DNA from: Minutocellus sp. GHC0000111
Lineage: Eukaryota
Direction: 5' to 3'
DNA length: 64,000 nucleotides
Assembly: GCA_977018835.1 (NCBI GenBank)
Contig: OZ361256.1
Coordinates: forward strand, 4,278,001-4,342,000
Shown here: positions 22,915-33,719 of the stretch, in pieces
How the letters are laid out: each line of letters begins with the position of its first letter
Numbering within the stretch: position 1 is the stretch's first letter
Translations under genes and position numbers: made by a program
Notes under the pieces: model-generated
Seen by the model: the letters and a program-made list of their open reading frames with translations, nothing else
Databases searched by the model: none
Told to the model about the DNA's origin: nothing

Positions 22915-23757
22915 ATGCTATCGCCCGCTCCGGTATGTTCCCTGACCTATGCCCTCGGTAGATCGCTGTACGTTCCGCTGACCTGTTGGTCCAACACCCG
23001 AACATTGCCGGAAACTCGTGGTCCCAACTTCGTCCTCCCGACCGATGTTTTGTCGTCGCTGCTGGAAGTTCGAAGGTTGGAGTTGCTGGGTGATGATAAA
23101 GATGATGGTAATTTGATTGGCGGTGGAAGAGCCGAAGAGAAGATGCATCTACCTCCACTCGATTTGCCATACATTTCCCATTATTTGAACGATTCAGGCA
23201 CAAGCTCATCATCGGTACATACAATCACAGACGAAATGTTACGTCAAGACATCGAATCCAGATTCAAACAAGCCAAACGAAACAACCACCAATATGATTC
23301 ATTGGTAATCGCCGGGGAGGGCGAACCAACGCTGCGTTTGTTGACATTGCTTTCCGTCGCGCCGCAGCCCATTCCCTCGTCATGTTTTGGATATACCATT
23401 CCCAGCACGATACGAGTGGTGACGAATGGATTGGGTGATGCAATACCAGGCAACATCGTCGATGGAAGTAGTTGTGCCCAGCAAATGAAAGATGCCGGTG
23501 TCAGTGGTGTGAGCGTGGCGCTCATGACGGCATCTCCCGACCATTACGAGGAACTTATGATGCCCTGTCTGCCAGATACAATATCCACGTCTGCGCACGA
23601 GATGGTTTGTTACTCTGTCGTTAGTGCTCTTGATGTTGGCTTGGGGGTGGAAGTTACCGCCGTTGACAGAGTCGAAGTGGACAAGGTTGCTACAGAAAGA
23701 CTTGCCAGAAATTTGGGTGTGGCTGAACCTGTTAGGCGGCGTCCATATTTTCTCTGA
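22915..23757 (+). CDS. TatD-associated radical SAM-like protein lacking the CxxxCxxC motif
   Basis: LTYALGRSLYVPLT, LVIAGEGEPTLRL, RVVTNGLG, VSVALMTASPDHYEELM, VEVTAV, RRRPYF. Confidence 0.65.
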   Translation: MLSPAPVCSLTYALGRSLYVPLTCWSNTRTLPETRGPNFVLPTDVLSSLLEVRRLELLGDDKDDGNLIGGGRAEEKMHLPPLDLPYISHYLNDSGTSSSSVHTITDEMLRQDIESRFKQAKRNNHQYDSLVIAGEGEPTLRLLTLLSVAPQPIPSSCFGYTIPSTIRVVTNGLGDAIPGNIVDGSSCAQQMKDAGVSGVSVALMTASPDHYEELMMPCLPDTISTSAHEMVCYSVVSALDVGLGVEVTAVDRVEVDKVATERLARNLGVAEPVRRRPYFL

Positions 23758-23898
23758 ATCAGGATCGTGGGAAATTTCTGTCTGAAAGGTCTAGGTAGCC
23801 AGCTAATCGTACCAGTATAATATATATAGAATCTGCGTCTAGAGTATGTCATGTAGATAAAAGATAAGAGTATGGTATAACTTTGCGATCAAAAGTGG

Positions 23899-24747
23899 CT
23901 AGATACTATTATAAGGGGAAGAGCACTGATCCTCAAGCTGAAGAGCACGCTCACGGGCACGGATGACGGCCTCTTTGGTAGCGTTCATGCTCGCCTTGGC
24001 TACAGCCTTTTCGATTTCGGCTGAAATGCAGCCGCCAGAACAATATCGATGGCTGTGGCGCTTCTGCTCCCTGAGGACTGCAAGAATGGCGGCACGAGCT
24101 TTGACCTCGCGATCGAAACGTTCCTTGGCGGTGCAAGTACGATGCTCGATTCCCAAATCGCAGATAACATTGTCAGAGTTCGGCATCTTCTCTGTAGAAG
24201 GATTGCTCTCATTCATCTGTTTGATCTTTTCTGCATCCCTTTGTGCCAAATCGGCCATTATGGCGAAATCATCCTTGTTGTAGAAGACGAATCTCGGGTA
24301 TTGAGAGCAGATGTCAGAGAGCCGAGGGACAGTAACAAAAGTGACGGTCTGATCGAAGGACACGCTCTTCTGTGGTAGAAATGACATAGAATGATGACCT
24401 TTACCGCCAGAGAAGCTATTGTTCTGCTTGAGGCTCGAGCGTTGATACGGAACAGTTAGTTCGATCATGTTTTGGGTACCGGTAACGTTACCGGTAGTAA
24501 ACATGAATGTAGGTCGAGTCTCTGTGACAATGTCATTACCGCAGAAAACACTTTCTGAGCCGTTTGGCAACGCATCGACGAATCGGCCAGAGGTAATGTA
24601 CATGTAATTTATCATGTCTTGAGTTTGGCTTGTTTCGCTAGAGATGGAAGAAGCACCGTCGAAGCTTTCTTCAGTTTGTCTCCTGTCGTTTCTCTTGTGC
24701 TTGCCCTCTTTGAACGAGCATTTCGAAGAAAGGAGACGAATCTTCAT
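23899..24747 (-). CDS. Hypothetical protein of a diatom-typical family
   Basis: 282-aa ORF with the pattern KSVSF...V...FYNKDDF...LGIEH...AILAVLREQ...ARERA, which I recognise from uncharacterised diatom proteins. Confidence 0.6.
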   Translation of the reverse strand: MKIRLLSSKCSFKEGKHKRNDRRQTEESFDGASSISSETSQTQDMINYMYITSGRFVDALPNGSESVFCGNDIVTETRPTFMFTTGNVTGTQNMIELTVPYQRSSLKQNNSFSGGKGHHSMSFLPQKSVSFDQTVTFVTVPRLSDICSQYPRFVFYNKDDFAIMADLAQRDAEKIKQMNESNPSTEKMPNSDNVICDLGIEHRTCTAKERFDREVKARAAILAVLREQKRHSHRYCSGGCISAEIEKAVAKASMNATKEAVIRARERALQLEDQCSSPYNSI

Positions 24748-25503
24748 CGCAGAGGCACTCGTTTCAACGCGTCGTTAGACCAGCGACGTAGCCAGTAGAA
24801 GCGAGATAAAATAAATAGAGGGTAGACCTCCTACCGGTACATAGACCAACTCGGATTGATTGTTGGTACTGTGCTTGGAGTGCATTTTTGACGGCAAGCC
24901 AAGCACACACAGCCAGCTAAACTGTTGTGCGGCGTGATGGCGCGGTAGCGGTATCTACTTGGCCTACATGTACATTCCTAGAGTACATACTTGTGGCCTA
25001 CTACTAGCTGATACGTAGGCTATTATATAGCCTCTTTGAATTTGTGGTTATGACTGTGCTTGGTCGCCATCCGAAATGATGTACTGTACAGTGTATCCTG
25101 TACCGGTACATACATGTATTCTCATTTTTCTTCTTTCTGACTCGAATTTGTGGTAATGGATTTTGCCACCGTCCGAAAGGCCATTCCGATTTTTTCTTCA
25201 TTCTGACCGGCAGCGCCGGCTCCGCTCACTGGCAAAGGGCAACACTAGCTAGCTGGATCTACCTACACGTACTAAGTAGTTGCTGTGAGACGAAGTCTAG
25301 CTAGATCTAGGTTGCACACACCAGCTAAAATGTAGATGATGTTTTGCGAGTAAAAGCGATGTGGCAAAGATACAATATATACATTGTAGATCTACTGGAC
25401 CTAGATCTAGACTCTACATGTATAAAAATAGAGTCTACGTATATTTGTAAACGTTTTATCAATTTGACATCTTGAGGGCCAGATCTAGATGTGCATGTAT
25501 TCA

Positions 25504-26598
25504 TTATTTTTGCTGCGTGCTCTTCTTACCGTTGCCATCCCCAGATCTGTTGTTGTTTCGCTTCTTCTTCTTTCGACAGTTATTGTTTCGCTTGGCCGTC
25601 GGCGGCAGCACTTCGTCTGGCCCACTGGGCAATGCCTCTCCCGTACGTTCCTCGATCTCCTCCTTGAGATCCCGCAGAACCTTGATCTGGGCCAACTTTT
25701 GCGGCGACAGCAAGTCCCAATAGACGCCACTAGGCTTTGGCACTCGGTTCGGGACACGAATTGTTCTCGTGGGAGTTACAATAATATCCACTGGAACATC
25801 GTGTTTGGTCAACTGACCTTCGGGCATGTCCTCAACAACTTGCACATCATGCACCGTGGTAACAACTAAACATGTCGATGCGTCGAGGTTGCCCTGCAAT
25901 GACAGTATGCCCCACTCCAATTCCGCGAATCCCTCGCCCTTGCCCACTCGGGCGCCGGTGTTGGGACATACGGCCGTCGAACCCACCACGACCAGATCGA
26001 CCGTGTCCTTGTCGTGGAGAGTAACCGGTTGCCCATGTTTGGCCACACCCTTGCTCACCACCACATCCGACATGGATAAGTCGGGCGGCAACGTGTCAGC
26101 CTGGAGGGTGGAGAAGAATCCCGTCCGCAACCGTGGCTGGGGAGTCAGCAGTGTTTTGCCCTCGTCCAATACCCGATACCGCACCGCCTTTTGCGGCGTG
26201 TCGGGATTCACCTTGACGCATTGCGCATCTTGAAATTCCGGCAATTCCGCCAACCGTTCGGCGGCTATCTCCGCCCCGTCAAAGTTGGGGATGCGATGAT
26301 GGACCGGTCTGGGCTGTCTTGCAATGTCTTCTGCCTCCATCAGATCCCAGATGCGCTTTCGGATGGTCCACTTCCACGGAGTGCGGAGGTTGGCAAATTC
26401 GGCCTCGGCTTTGGTCTTCATGGCGTCCATGGCCTGGGCATCCTTGGCAAGTCGATCGGCTTCGTAGGCGGTCTCGTCGAAGGCGGCGACGTGCAGTGAC
26501 GCATGCGCGCCAGCGCAAGCAGCTCCCGACGGCAGGGGCTGGTGGAATCCCTGCACGGAGATGCTGCCGCAGAGGAGGAGCAGTAGCTTTGAATGCAT
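25504..26598 (-). CDS. 5-formyltetrahydrofolate cyclo-ligase-like protein (COG0212/MTHFSD type), organelle-targeted
   Basis: RPVHHRIPNFDGA, VKVNPDTPQ, PQPRLRTGF, GARVGKGEGFAELEWG, TTVHDVQV, HDVPVDIIVTPT; signal peptide ending VQG-F. Confidence 0.9.
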   Translation of the reverse strand: MHSKLLLLLCGSISVQGFHQPLPSGAACAGAHASLHVAAFDETAYEADRLAKDAQAMDAMKTKAEAEFANLRTPWKWTIRKRIWDLMEAEDIARQPRPVHHRIPNFDGAEIAAERLAELPEFQDAQCVKVNPDTPQKAVRYRVLDEGKTLLTPQPRLRTGFFSTLQADTLPPDLSMSDVVVSKGVAKHGQPVTLHDKDTVDLVVVGSTAVCPNTGARVGKGEGFAELEWGILSLQGNLDASTCLVVTTVHDVQVVEDMPEGQLTKHDVPVDIIVTPTRTIRVPNRVPKPSGVYWDLLSPQKLAQIKVLRDLKEEIEERTGEALPSGPDEVLPPTAKRNNNCRKKKKRNNNRSGDGNGKKSTQQK

Positions 26599-26756
26599 TG
26601 GGCAAAGCCAGTTCCTCACGCCAGTATTACGCTTTATGGTTGGCCTTCACCTTAGCTTAGCTACGTAATTTCGTAATTTCGGTGATGTTTTCGAGACTTC
26701 ACCGACGAACCGCCAAGTCAGGGGCCGGCTTCCATTTTTCGGCACAAACTTCAACC

Positions 26757-28274
26757 ATGACGAAGGCTGTAACAAAGGCGAACATGACCGGCCGCCGCCG
26801 TCCCCGTCCTGGCCGTCAGCTGGCCCTCCTAACGCTGGCCGCCGTTGGACCATGCGGCGATCATCACGGAACGGCCGCGGCTTTCACTCCGTCGCCGCTG
26901 ATGATTGCGCCGCGGCAGAGTAGGAACGCCGAATGCATTCATATTCGGCGGACCAGCGGCAGCTCGGGACCATTGAGAAGCACCGCCGCTGCTGGATTGT
27001 CGGACCTTTCTCCTACTAGTACCGCCAGCGCAGCTGCAGAGGCTGCTCCTTCGTCAACACCGACCAGCAGCACCACCTCCAGCACCAGCGGTCAAAGCCG
27101 CGCGGCCCTTTGGCACAAGCAGCGGCGGCGGCAGATGCTGAACCAATACGGCGACCAAATCACCCCCCTCGAGCGCGACGCCAGCAGCCAATCCATCGGC
27201 GTGCCCCTCCTGCTCTTTGCCAACGCCGCCCTCCTAACCTTGGCGGTATGGGCCGGCTCCCTCTCCCCCCTGGCGGTACTCGGCCTGGCGGCCTTCCCAG
27301 GATCGATGCTCAGCCTGTGGCAGCTCCAGATACTGCACGATGCCCTCCACGGATCGTTGCTGGACAAATCCAAGACCAAGTTCATCGGTAGAGGCAGAAT
27401 ATCTCGCAAGTCGCTCCAAGACTCCATCCTGTTTTGGGGGTCCATGCCCTCGGCCTTTGGATACTACCTCTACCTCAAATACGGCCACATGACCCATCAC
27501 AGATCGGTCGGTGATCCCCACAAGGCATCTTTGGCCAAGCTGTTCGATTCCGACCAAGTGGACTTTGAAGATGGCGACGTGCTGTTTGTGGCCCATCGGA
27601 TGAAGCTCAAGGGGGAGGTCGGACCGACCTTTACCTTACCGCCGCTGCGGCGCGGGGATGGCAAGGCACGGAAGATCACCATGTCGATCTCCAAGATGGG
27701 ATTCAATGCCTGGAGAAGAATGAGGCCTGTACGAAATATTCTGGCGTTTGCCACCTCGTTCGCTTATGAAAGGTTCATGCTGGTCATGAATGATGTTGTG
27801 GTGGCACTTTCGGGCAGAAACTTCTTCTTTTCCAACAAACCCGATCGATTCCATCGCGAATGTGCCACCTACTGCCGATGCGCAGTTGCGGTACGAGCAC
27901 TCCTTGTGTGGTTGGCCGGGTGGAAGTCGTTGCTGTTTCTCTACCTATCGGAATTGCTCTGGAGCATCCCGCCCCACCCGGCAGCGGCCATGTTTGTTAC
28001 CAACCACGGCAGTGCTATTGACGAAACTACGGGGGATTGCATCCCCAGCTCGTCGACGTATGCCGGTCGGCTTTATTCTGTGTACACTTTGGGTACCAAT
28101 TATCACGTCGAGCATCACGACTTTCCCACCATACCGTTCCACAAGCTCCATCTGTTGAGGCAGATTGCTCCGGAATTCTATCGGCAGGGCAGCGGTGACA
28201 ACTTGTTTCGCATTATGAAGAAGGCCTTCTCGGATCCTCAGTACTATGCCTGCATGGATGCGGCGAGGATATGA
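26757..28274 (+). CDS. Membrane fatty-acid desaturase superfamily protein (third His box resembles sphingolipid delta-4 desaturases), probably plastid-targeted
   Basis: Three His boxes HDALH, HMTHH and YHVEHHDFP; hydrophobic segments; AAA-F-TP followed by a Ser/Thr-rich transit-like region. Confidence 0.85.
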   Translation: MTKAVTKANMTGRRRPRPGRQLALLTLAAVGPCGDHHGTAAAFTPSPLMIAPRQSRNAECIHIRRTSGSSGPLRSTAAAGLSDLSPTSTASAAAEAAPSSTPTSSTTSSTSGQSRAALWHKQRRRQMLNQYGDQITPLERDASSQSIGVPLLLFANAALLTLAVWAGSLSPLAVLGLAAFPGSMLSLWQLQILHDALHGSLLDKSKTKFIGRGRISRKSLQDSILFWGSMPSAFGYYLYLKYGHMTHHRSVGDPHKASLAKLFDSDQVDFEDGDVLFVAHRMKLKGEVGPTFTLPPLRRGDGKARKITMSISKMGFNAWRRMRPVRNILAFATSFAYERFMLVMNDVVVALSGRNFFFSNKPDRFHRECATYCRCAVAVRALLVWLAGWKSLLFLYLSELLWSIPPHPAAAMFVTNHGSAIDETTGDCIPSSSTYAGRLYSVYTLGTNYHVEHHDFPTIPFHKLHLLRQIAPEFYRQGSGDNLFRIMKKAFSDPQYYACMDAARI

Positions 28275-28564
28275 TGAAATTCACTAATAATTCAGCTTGC
28301 TAGAGATGTTGTTTGTGATCAGATTAGCGTTTGAATCCAATATCAAGATAAAGTAAAGGACATGATAGCTACCAGACGTATGATAAGCAGTATTACACGT
28401 ATCTTTGATGCACTACTTGTAGATGAGCTCAAATGATCAGGTCACCGCGTTGTTATGGCCGGCTTGATGAAATCCTCAGTCTTTCTTTCTACGTAGCTCG
28501 TGTGGTGTAAAATCCGACAAAACGCCTACGTCCTCGAACTCCGGTCGGACTTGGCATCGGGAAA

Positions 28565-28939
28565 TCAGACTTTTTTAACATCCTCTTTGGTCTTGGCAAT
28601 AGCGCCAATGCCGAGCTTCTTGAGGAGCTTGTTAGTGGCAACGCCGGTGGCAAATGCACCGGCACCAACGGCAAGGATGTCCTTGGCTCTTTTGGCGGAC
28701 TCAACGGCGGCCCTGGCGGCATGAGCAGAGGCGGGGAGACTGGTAGTGGTCAGTGTGATGCCACCGATGGTAGCGGCAACCTTCTTCGTGATATTGAGGG
28801 CGGACTTGTGTTTGGCTCCGCTGGTCATCTCCAACTCGGTGAGGGGGGCGCGCTGAGTGCCAGCGGCCATATGCTGGGGTGCGAAGGCCAAGGCTGTGCC
28901 GAAGAGGGAGAGGGCGACGAGGACAGTGTCAAGCTTCAT
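28565..28939 (-). CDS. Small probable plastid/thylakoid protein
   Basis: Signal peptide ending ALA-FAP, then a second hydrophobic segment ending ASAHA (lumen-signal-like); strongly biased codon usage. Confidence 0.65.
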   Translation of the reverse strand: MKLDTVLVALSLFGTALAFAPQHMAAGTQRAPLTELEMTSGAKHKSALNITKKVAATIGGITLTTTSLPASAHAARAAVESAKRAKDILAVGAGAFATGVATNKLLKKLGIGAIAKTKEDVKKV

Positions 28940-29514
28940 TTTTGTTTGCTGCTAGCTGCGTAGCTTGCTAATAGAGTAAGAGAGAAAAAAAGGAGAACTT
29001 TGCCGGCAAAGAGTGCCGAAAAGACAGTTTGATCCGTCGCTGGTTTAGCTCTGTTGCCGGTTTATGCATTGCGGTGCACAAAGATGATGTCACTCACGGT
29101 GAGGCTTTCTGATTTTTGCGTGCGATGTACTCGAAGGAAGCACACAAAGGAGGTATAGTAATGACTATGGTAGTTACTTTGTAAGAAAATATATTAGCGT
29201 CTGTATAAAATGGTATGATCGGTCTGACACAAGTGTGTAGTCTCTTTGGAAGATAAAAGTATACATGTCTGGTGATGATCATACGACTTTCTGAAGGTTT
29301 GCTTTTCACTTTTGCAAAAAAAAATGCATATTGGTCCCGAAAACTCGATATCCATTTTGTACTTCAGAAAGCGTTGTGACAGACGTGGGCGGTAAGAAAG
29401 CTGCCTCTGCGGGACGCATGCAAGTGAGTAGATTAATGAGGACTCGAACGAACTTCTTTTTTGATTTGAACCAATTGATTTTTTGATTTGACTGTTTGAA
29501 CTGTACAGAGTGAA

Positions 29515-30198
29515 ATGATATTCAATCTCACCGCAACAACGAACACCTCCTCTCCTTGCCTTTGCACGCACACACTAAACCTTCATCTACCTCTGAGCAA
29601 GGAAGCAAACGAGTTGCATGAGGCCAACGGCAAGCACGCCACCTCCGACGGCGCCGACATCCAAGTCACCGCTCTCGACTTGGTAGTCGGAAATTCAAAC
29701 AAGAACCAAACAACGCTCACTCAGCAGGGTTTCTGGTCGTCCTCCAGCCAAACCGAAGACGACGAGGCCGACATCTACTTCTTCGCCCAGTGCGCCGGCA
29801 TCCAGGCAAGCAAGGTCTTCTCGTTCATCGGCCTCCCCGAAACACCCGAGTGCGCCCGTGCCATCAAGGAAGCAGTTCATGCCCACAGCATGAAGTGGAC
29901 CCACTCGGTCGACGAGTTCCCTCCCGGCAACGTGCCCCTCGATCTTGGGGCGGAAACCTACAAGATGCAAATTGCTGATGCACTCCGCCACAACGAACCC
30001 GTCCAGCCCTTCACTTCAAACATCGTGTCTCACCTGAAGGCCCGTCGCGCCAAGGGCACGAAGCGCACGGAGGACGAGATGCTTGCCGACGCAGAGCGAT
30101 TCCCCTGGGAGTTCGTCGACGAACCATCGTCCGACGAGGAGAGTGGCGAGGAAAGTGACGACGGCAAGCCACCTGCCAAGAATATTCGTTCCGACTGA
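29515..30198 (+). CDS. Hypothetical protein or gene remnant
   Basis: Open frame with coding-like third-position C/G bias from about 29600 and a basic NLS-like end (KPPAKNIR). Start uncertain. Confidence 0.4.
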   Translation: MIFNLTATTNTSSPCLCTHTLNLHLPLSKEANELHEANGKHATSDGADIQVTALDLVVGNSNKNQTTLTQQGFWSSSSQTEDDEADIYFFAQCAGIQASKVFSFIGLPETPECARAIKEAVHAHSMKWTHSVDEFPPGNVPLDLGAETYKMQIADALRHNEPVQPFTSNIVSHLKARRAKGTKRTEDEMLADAERFPWEFVDEPSSDEESGEESDDGKPPAKNIRSD

Positions 30199-30736
30199 GC
30201 AGCAATACTTATGGTCCGGCATGTTGGTCGCTGGTCGTGATGTGCATGAGGCATAAGAGTTTGTTTTTGCGCATGCAGTCTTTTTTTTTTGAATGCAGTC
30301 TTTGAACGGAAACAAAGGTCATTCGCTGACTTTCTTTCGTCTTCTGTGATCTGACACATACACAAAATAGTTCTAGTAATAAGAAACTAAAAATATCGCC
30401 TACAAATAGTAGCTACATGGGCACCCACACAAATGAATAATCGCGTCACGCCATTCGTTAGGCCTAGCTAGGCCTACCTACTACGTAGTAGCTAGGTGAG
30501 GCCTTTCGTCACCATGCAGCCATGCACAAAAGCCACATTCGTCTGATCTGATTTTTCCGTCGTCAGCTGGCTGCTGTATTGTTCTTCCCTCTTGCGAGGC
30601 ATTGATCATCACTAGCTATTGCGTTTGCCTGCTTATTGACGAAGCACCTGAAGCCCCCCCGCCCCCCTCTGCAGTGCATAGTGGAGCAACTCAAGAGCAA
30701 CAGTCGACGAAACAAAAGAACAAACAATCAAACTTC

Positions 30737-31534
30737 ATGATGGAAAACAACAACAAGTCCTATCGACTCCTCTACAACTGGAAAGCCGGACATGACGAGG
30801 ATGTTGCTGAAGACGGCGCCCATCTCGTGAGAGACAACACGGTGCTTCTAATTTGGATGATTACGGCCATCGTCTGTGCCACGATCTTCTTCTTCCTCGT
30901 CCTCAAGTGGTATCTGGAGAGGCGCTTCGACATCCGTTTCTGTTCTGGAAATGGTCGAGAGCGACGAATGATTGTCAGCCGGGACAATTTCATAGCGTCG
31001 ACGCAGCGAAGACGCGATGCCGCTATTACCGCCGAACGAGAAAAGAAGTTGAACGAAGAGGAACAAAAGGCGGAGATTGAACGCAAGCGAGATCTGCTCA
31101 GCGACTTCACTATCGCCGTAGAGGAGGCCCACTTCAAGCATTATCACGATATTCTTGGGGCAATGGAGGAGGGCAATATCAACCGGCAGAATGCCGACGA
31201 CGATGACAACAATGCCGCCACCCTTCACATTCCAGGCAAGCATCGTACCAGCGCCGGGTGCAGGATATGTTTGTCCAACGTTGTTGTTGGGGAGACGATT
31301 ACATGCTCGCCCAATCCGGACTGCATCCACATCTACCACGATACGTGTATTTTGAGTTGGCTGAGCGAGAGCAAAGCCAAATCGGATTGTCCGTGCTGCC
31401 GCCTTCCCTTCATTCCCGAGGCCTACATGTGCAATAACAACAATGAAGAAAATGTCAACCCTGGATCATCAAGTCAAGGCTCTTCTCCCGACATCGACGA
31501 GGGTGTAGGCGCTGGAAATGACGAGGAAGAATGA
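30737..31534 (+). CDS. Transmembrane RING-H2 E3 ligase (ATL-like)
   Basis: One TM segment (LLIWMITAIVCATIFFFLVL) and CRICL...CIHIYHDTCILSWL...CPCCR. Confidence 0.85.
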   Translation: MMENNNKSYRLLYNWKAGHDEDVAEDGAHLVRDNTVLLIWMITAIVCATIFFFLVLKWYLERRFDIRFCSGNGRERRMIVSRDNFIASTQRRRDAAITAEREKKLNEEEQKAEIERKRDLLSDFTIAVEEAHFKHYHDILGAMEEGNINRQNADDDDNNAATLHIPGKHRTSAGCRICLSNVVVGETITCSPNPDCIHIYHDTCILSWLSESKAKSDCPCCRLPFIPEAYMCNNNNEENVNPGSSSQGSSPDIDEGVGAGNDEEE

Positions 31535-31733
31535 TGAGAGAGCATTTCATATGACTGTCTTTGACATTTTTTCATTCATTGGAAATTCTTCATACAATGT
31601 CCTCCGATAAGTGCTGTTTGAGCATGTGCAACCGCAACAAATGCAAACGCACTCCATTTCTTTTCAATTATTTGTAACCAAATTATGACAACAGGGGCCC
31701 TTGAACATAATAATCTTTAGGGTAAATTTTATG

Positions 31734-33398
31734 TCAATTTTGCCTTTGCTCTTTCTTCTTTTTGGTAGCAAGCTGACCACAAGCGGCACTTTCGTCATCT
31801 CCCCGGGTACTTCGAACGTGCACATAGACGCCTCGTTCCCACAGACGTTCCTGGAATGCCCGTACTCGTTCATCGCTCGGCTTTCTATATGTTGGATGGC
31901 CAATATCATTGAACGGTATCAGATTCACCAAGACTTTTGCATTTAGCAGGTCATCTACAATTCTCAGAGCAAGGTCCGCCAGCTCATCAGCCTGCTTTAT
32001 CCCGTCATTCAATTCATCGATAAGGGCTACCTCCAGCATGACAGTATCGCGTAACTTGGCTGGCTTTTTCTTCAAAGCTTCCACGAGTCCTTGCCTCAAC
32101 TCTTCCATACTATGTCTGGTCGTTGGGACCAGTTGACGCCGCAACTCATCATTGGCGGCATGGACACTCCACGCCAAGACGCAGGGACTGTCGGCAAAGG
32201 CCGCAAACGCATCGGGACTGGGAGCGACGGTGGAAACCGTCACCTTGGAGGGCGACAGATGATACAGCTCCACATCCGTGAGGATGTCCAGCGCCGCATT
32301 GACCGATTGCTCAGCGTCAGCCGGTTCCCCCATGCCCATAAAGACCAAGTTAGTAATGTCCGGCAAGGGTTGGAGGGAGGTGAGGTCCGGATCGGTGTCG
32401 GCACTACCATCCTTCCCCGCATTTTCAGCAAGCAATAACTTCGAAAGTCGACATATCTTGGTAGCCCAAAAGTACTGCGCCAGTATTTCCTCCGACGTCA
32501 AATTGCGCAACAATCCCATCCGTGCTGTGGCGCAGAACCGACATGCCTGCCGACATCCCACCTGGCTCGATATGCACAGCGTCGAGTAGCCGTTTTCGTA
32601 CCACGGTATGATGACGCTTTCCACCTCCATCCCATCCCGCAAACGAATGAGAAGCTTGGTGGTGCCGTCCGATGCCACCGATAGATGCGATTCCATCCTC
32701 AATCTGGGGCATTGTGTTTTCGAATGAGAGTGACGATTGGTACGTGGTGGCCAACTGGTGCGTTCTGTCCAAGTGTTTGGCCGTATCGGTTCGTTGGGAA
32801 TTGCTTCCGTATTTCCGATTGGATCAACTCTCGACGCCTGGCATCATTGTCCAAGAGCTGTTCAATACCTTTTTCTTCTCCCATCGCTTTGTAGTTGTTC
32901 ACTCAAGTTGCGTGCGTTGTTCGTTGATTCCAACATGGCCGTGAGCAATCGTTTCGCGGTTGCGTCGTCGTATCTTGCGTCGGCATCCGAACTTTGCGAC
33001 GATGCAGAGACGCAGAACAGCGCCGGATCGATGCCAATTCTGTAGCAATCCCACACCAGCTTAGTGCTTGATGGTTGCGTGTCTGTGACATCGGACGCTG
33101 CTGCAATAGAGAAGCGATTCGTCGATTGTTGGAGCAAGATGGAGTTGGCACGTGATGTGCCACCGCCATAAGTTGACCTGTCACTTCGTGCAAAAACTCT
33201 CGTAGCATGCTGTAACGCATCAACTACTCCATTGAATTCACTCTGCACCGGCCATCCGATACCGGTACTACCACCGCCGGCTGTGAGGCAGAGGAGGGAC
33301 GAAAGCAGGAGCGCCGATCGGTTGGTCCTTTGGTGGCGGCGACGCCGGTGACGCCGAATGCCGAGGATTGTGCGGCCGTCGTCGCGGGCACTGGCCAA
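31734..33398 (-). CDS. rlmN: RlmN-type radical SAM RNA methyltransferase, organelle-targeted; several frameshifts in the 5' half
   Basis: [54 protein letters not shown]. Upstream pieces ([28 protein letters not shown]) lie in ORFs 32862-33398, 32699-32902 and 32425-32772. Confidence 0.85.
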
Positions 33399-33719
33399 GA
33401 TCTATTTCTGAGACAACCATGGTGTGGTGGGACGAGCCAGAAGATTCGACTCAAGCCAAGCTCGTTCCGATAAAGTCCAAAGCTGATGATTGTTTCCCCT
33501 CTCGCCTCGGTCTGAACAGGCCAGCAAGTGGACTGGCCGAGCTCCTGACCTTGCTACGTAGCTTGTGGCGCATGTCAAACCGCCAAGATGAGATGACGAG
33601 TGACGCACGAAGGACAGAGCCAGCCAGTCACCGCTCGTTTATTTGCTTGCACATATGCATGCCACATGCCACTACTTCGCAACTCAGCCAGATCTCATTC
33701 AGGCGCAAAAGCAACGAGC

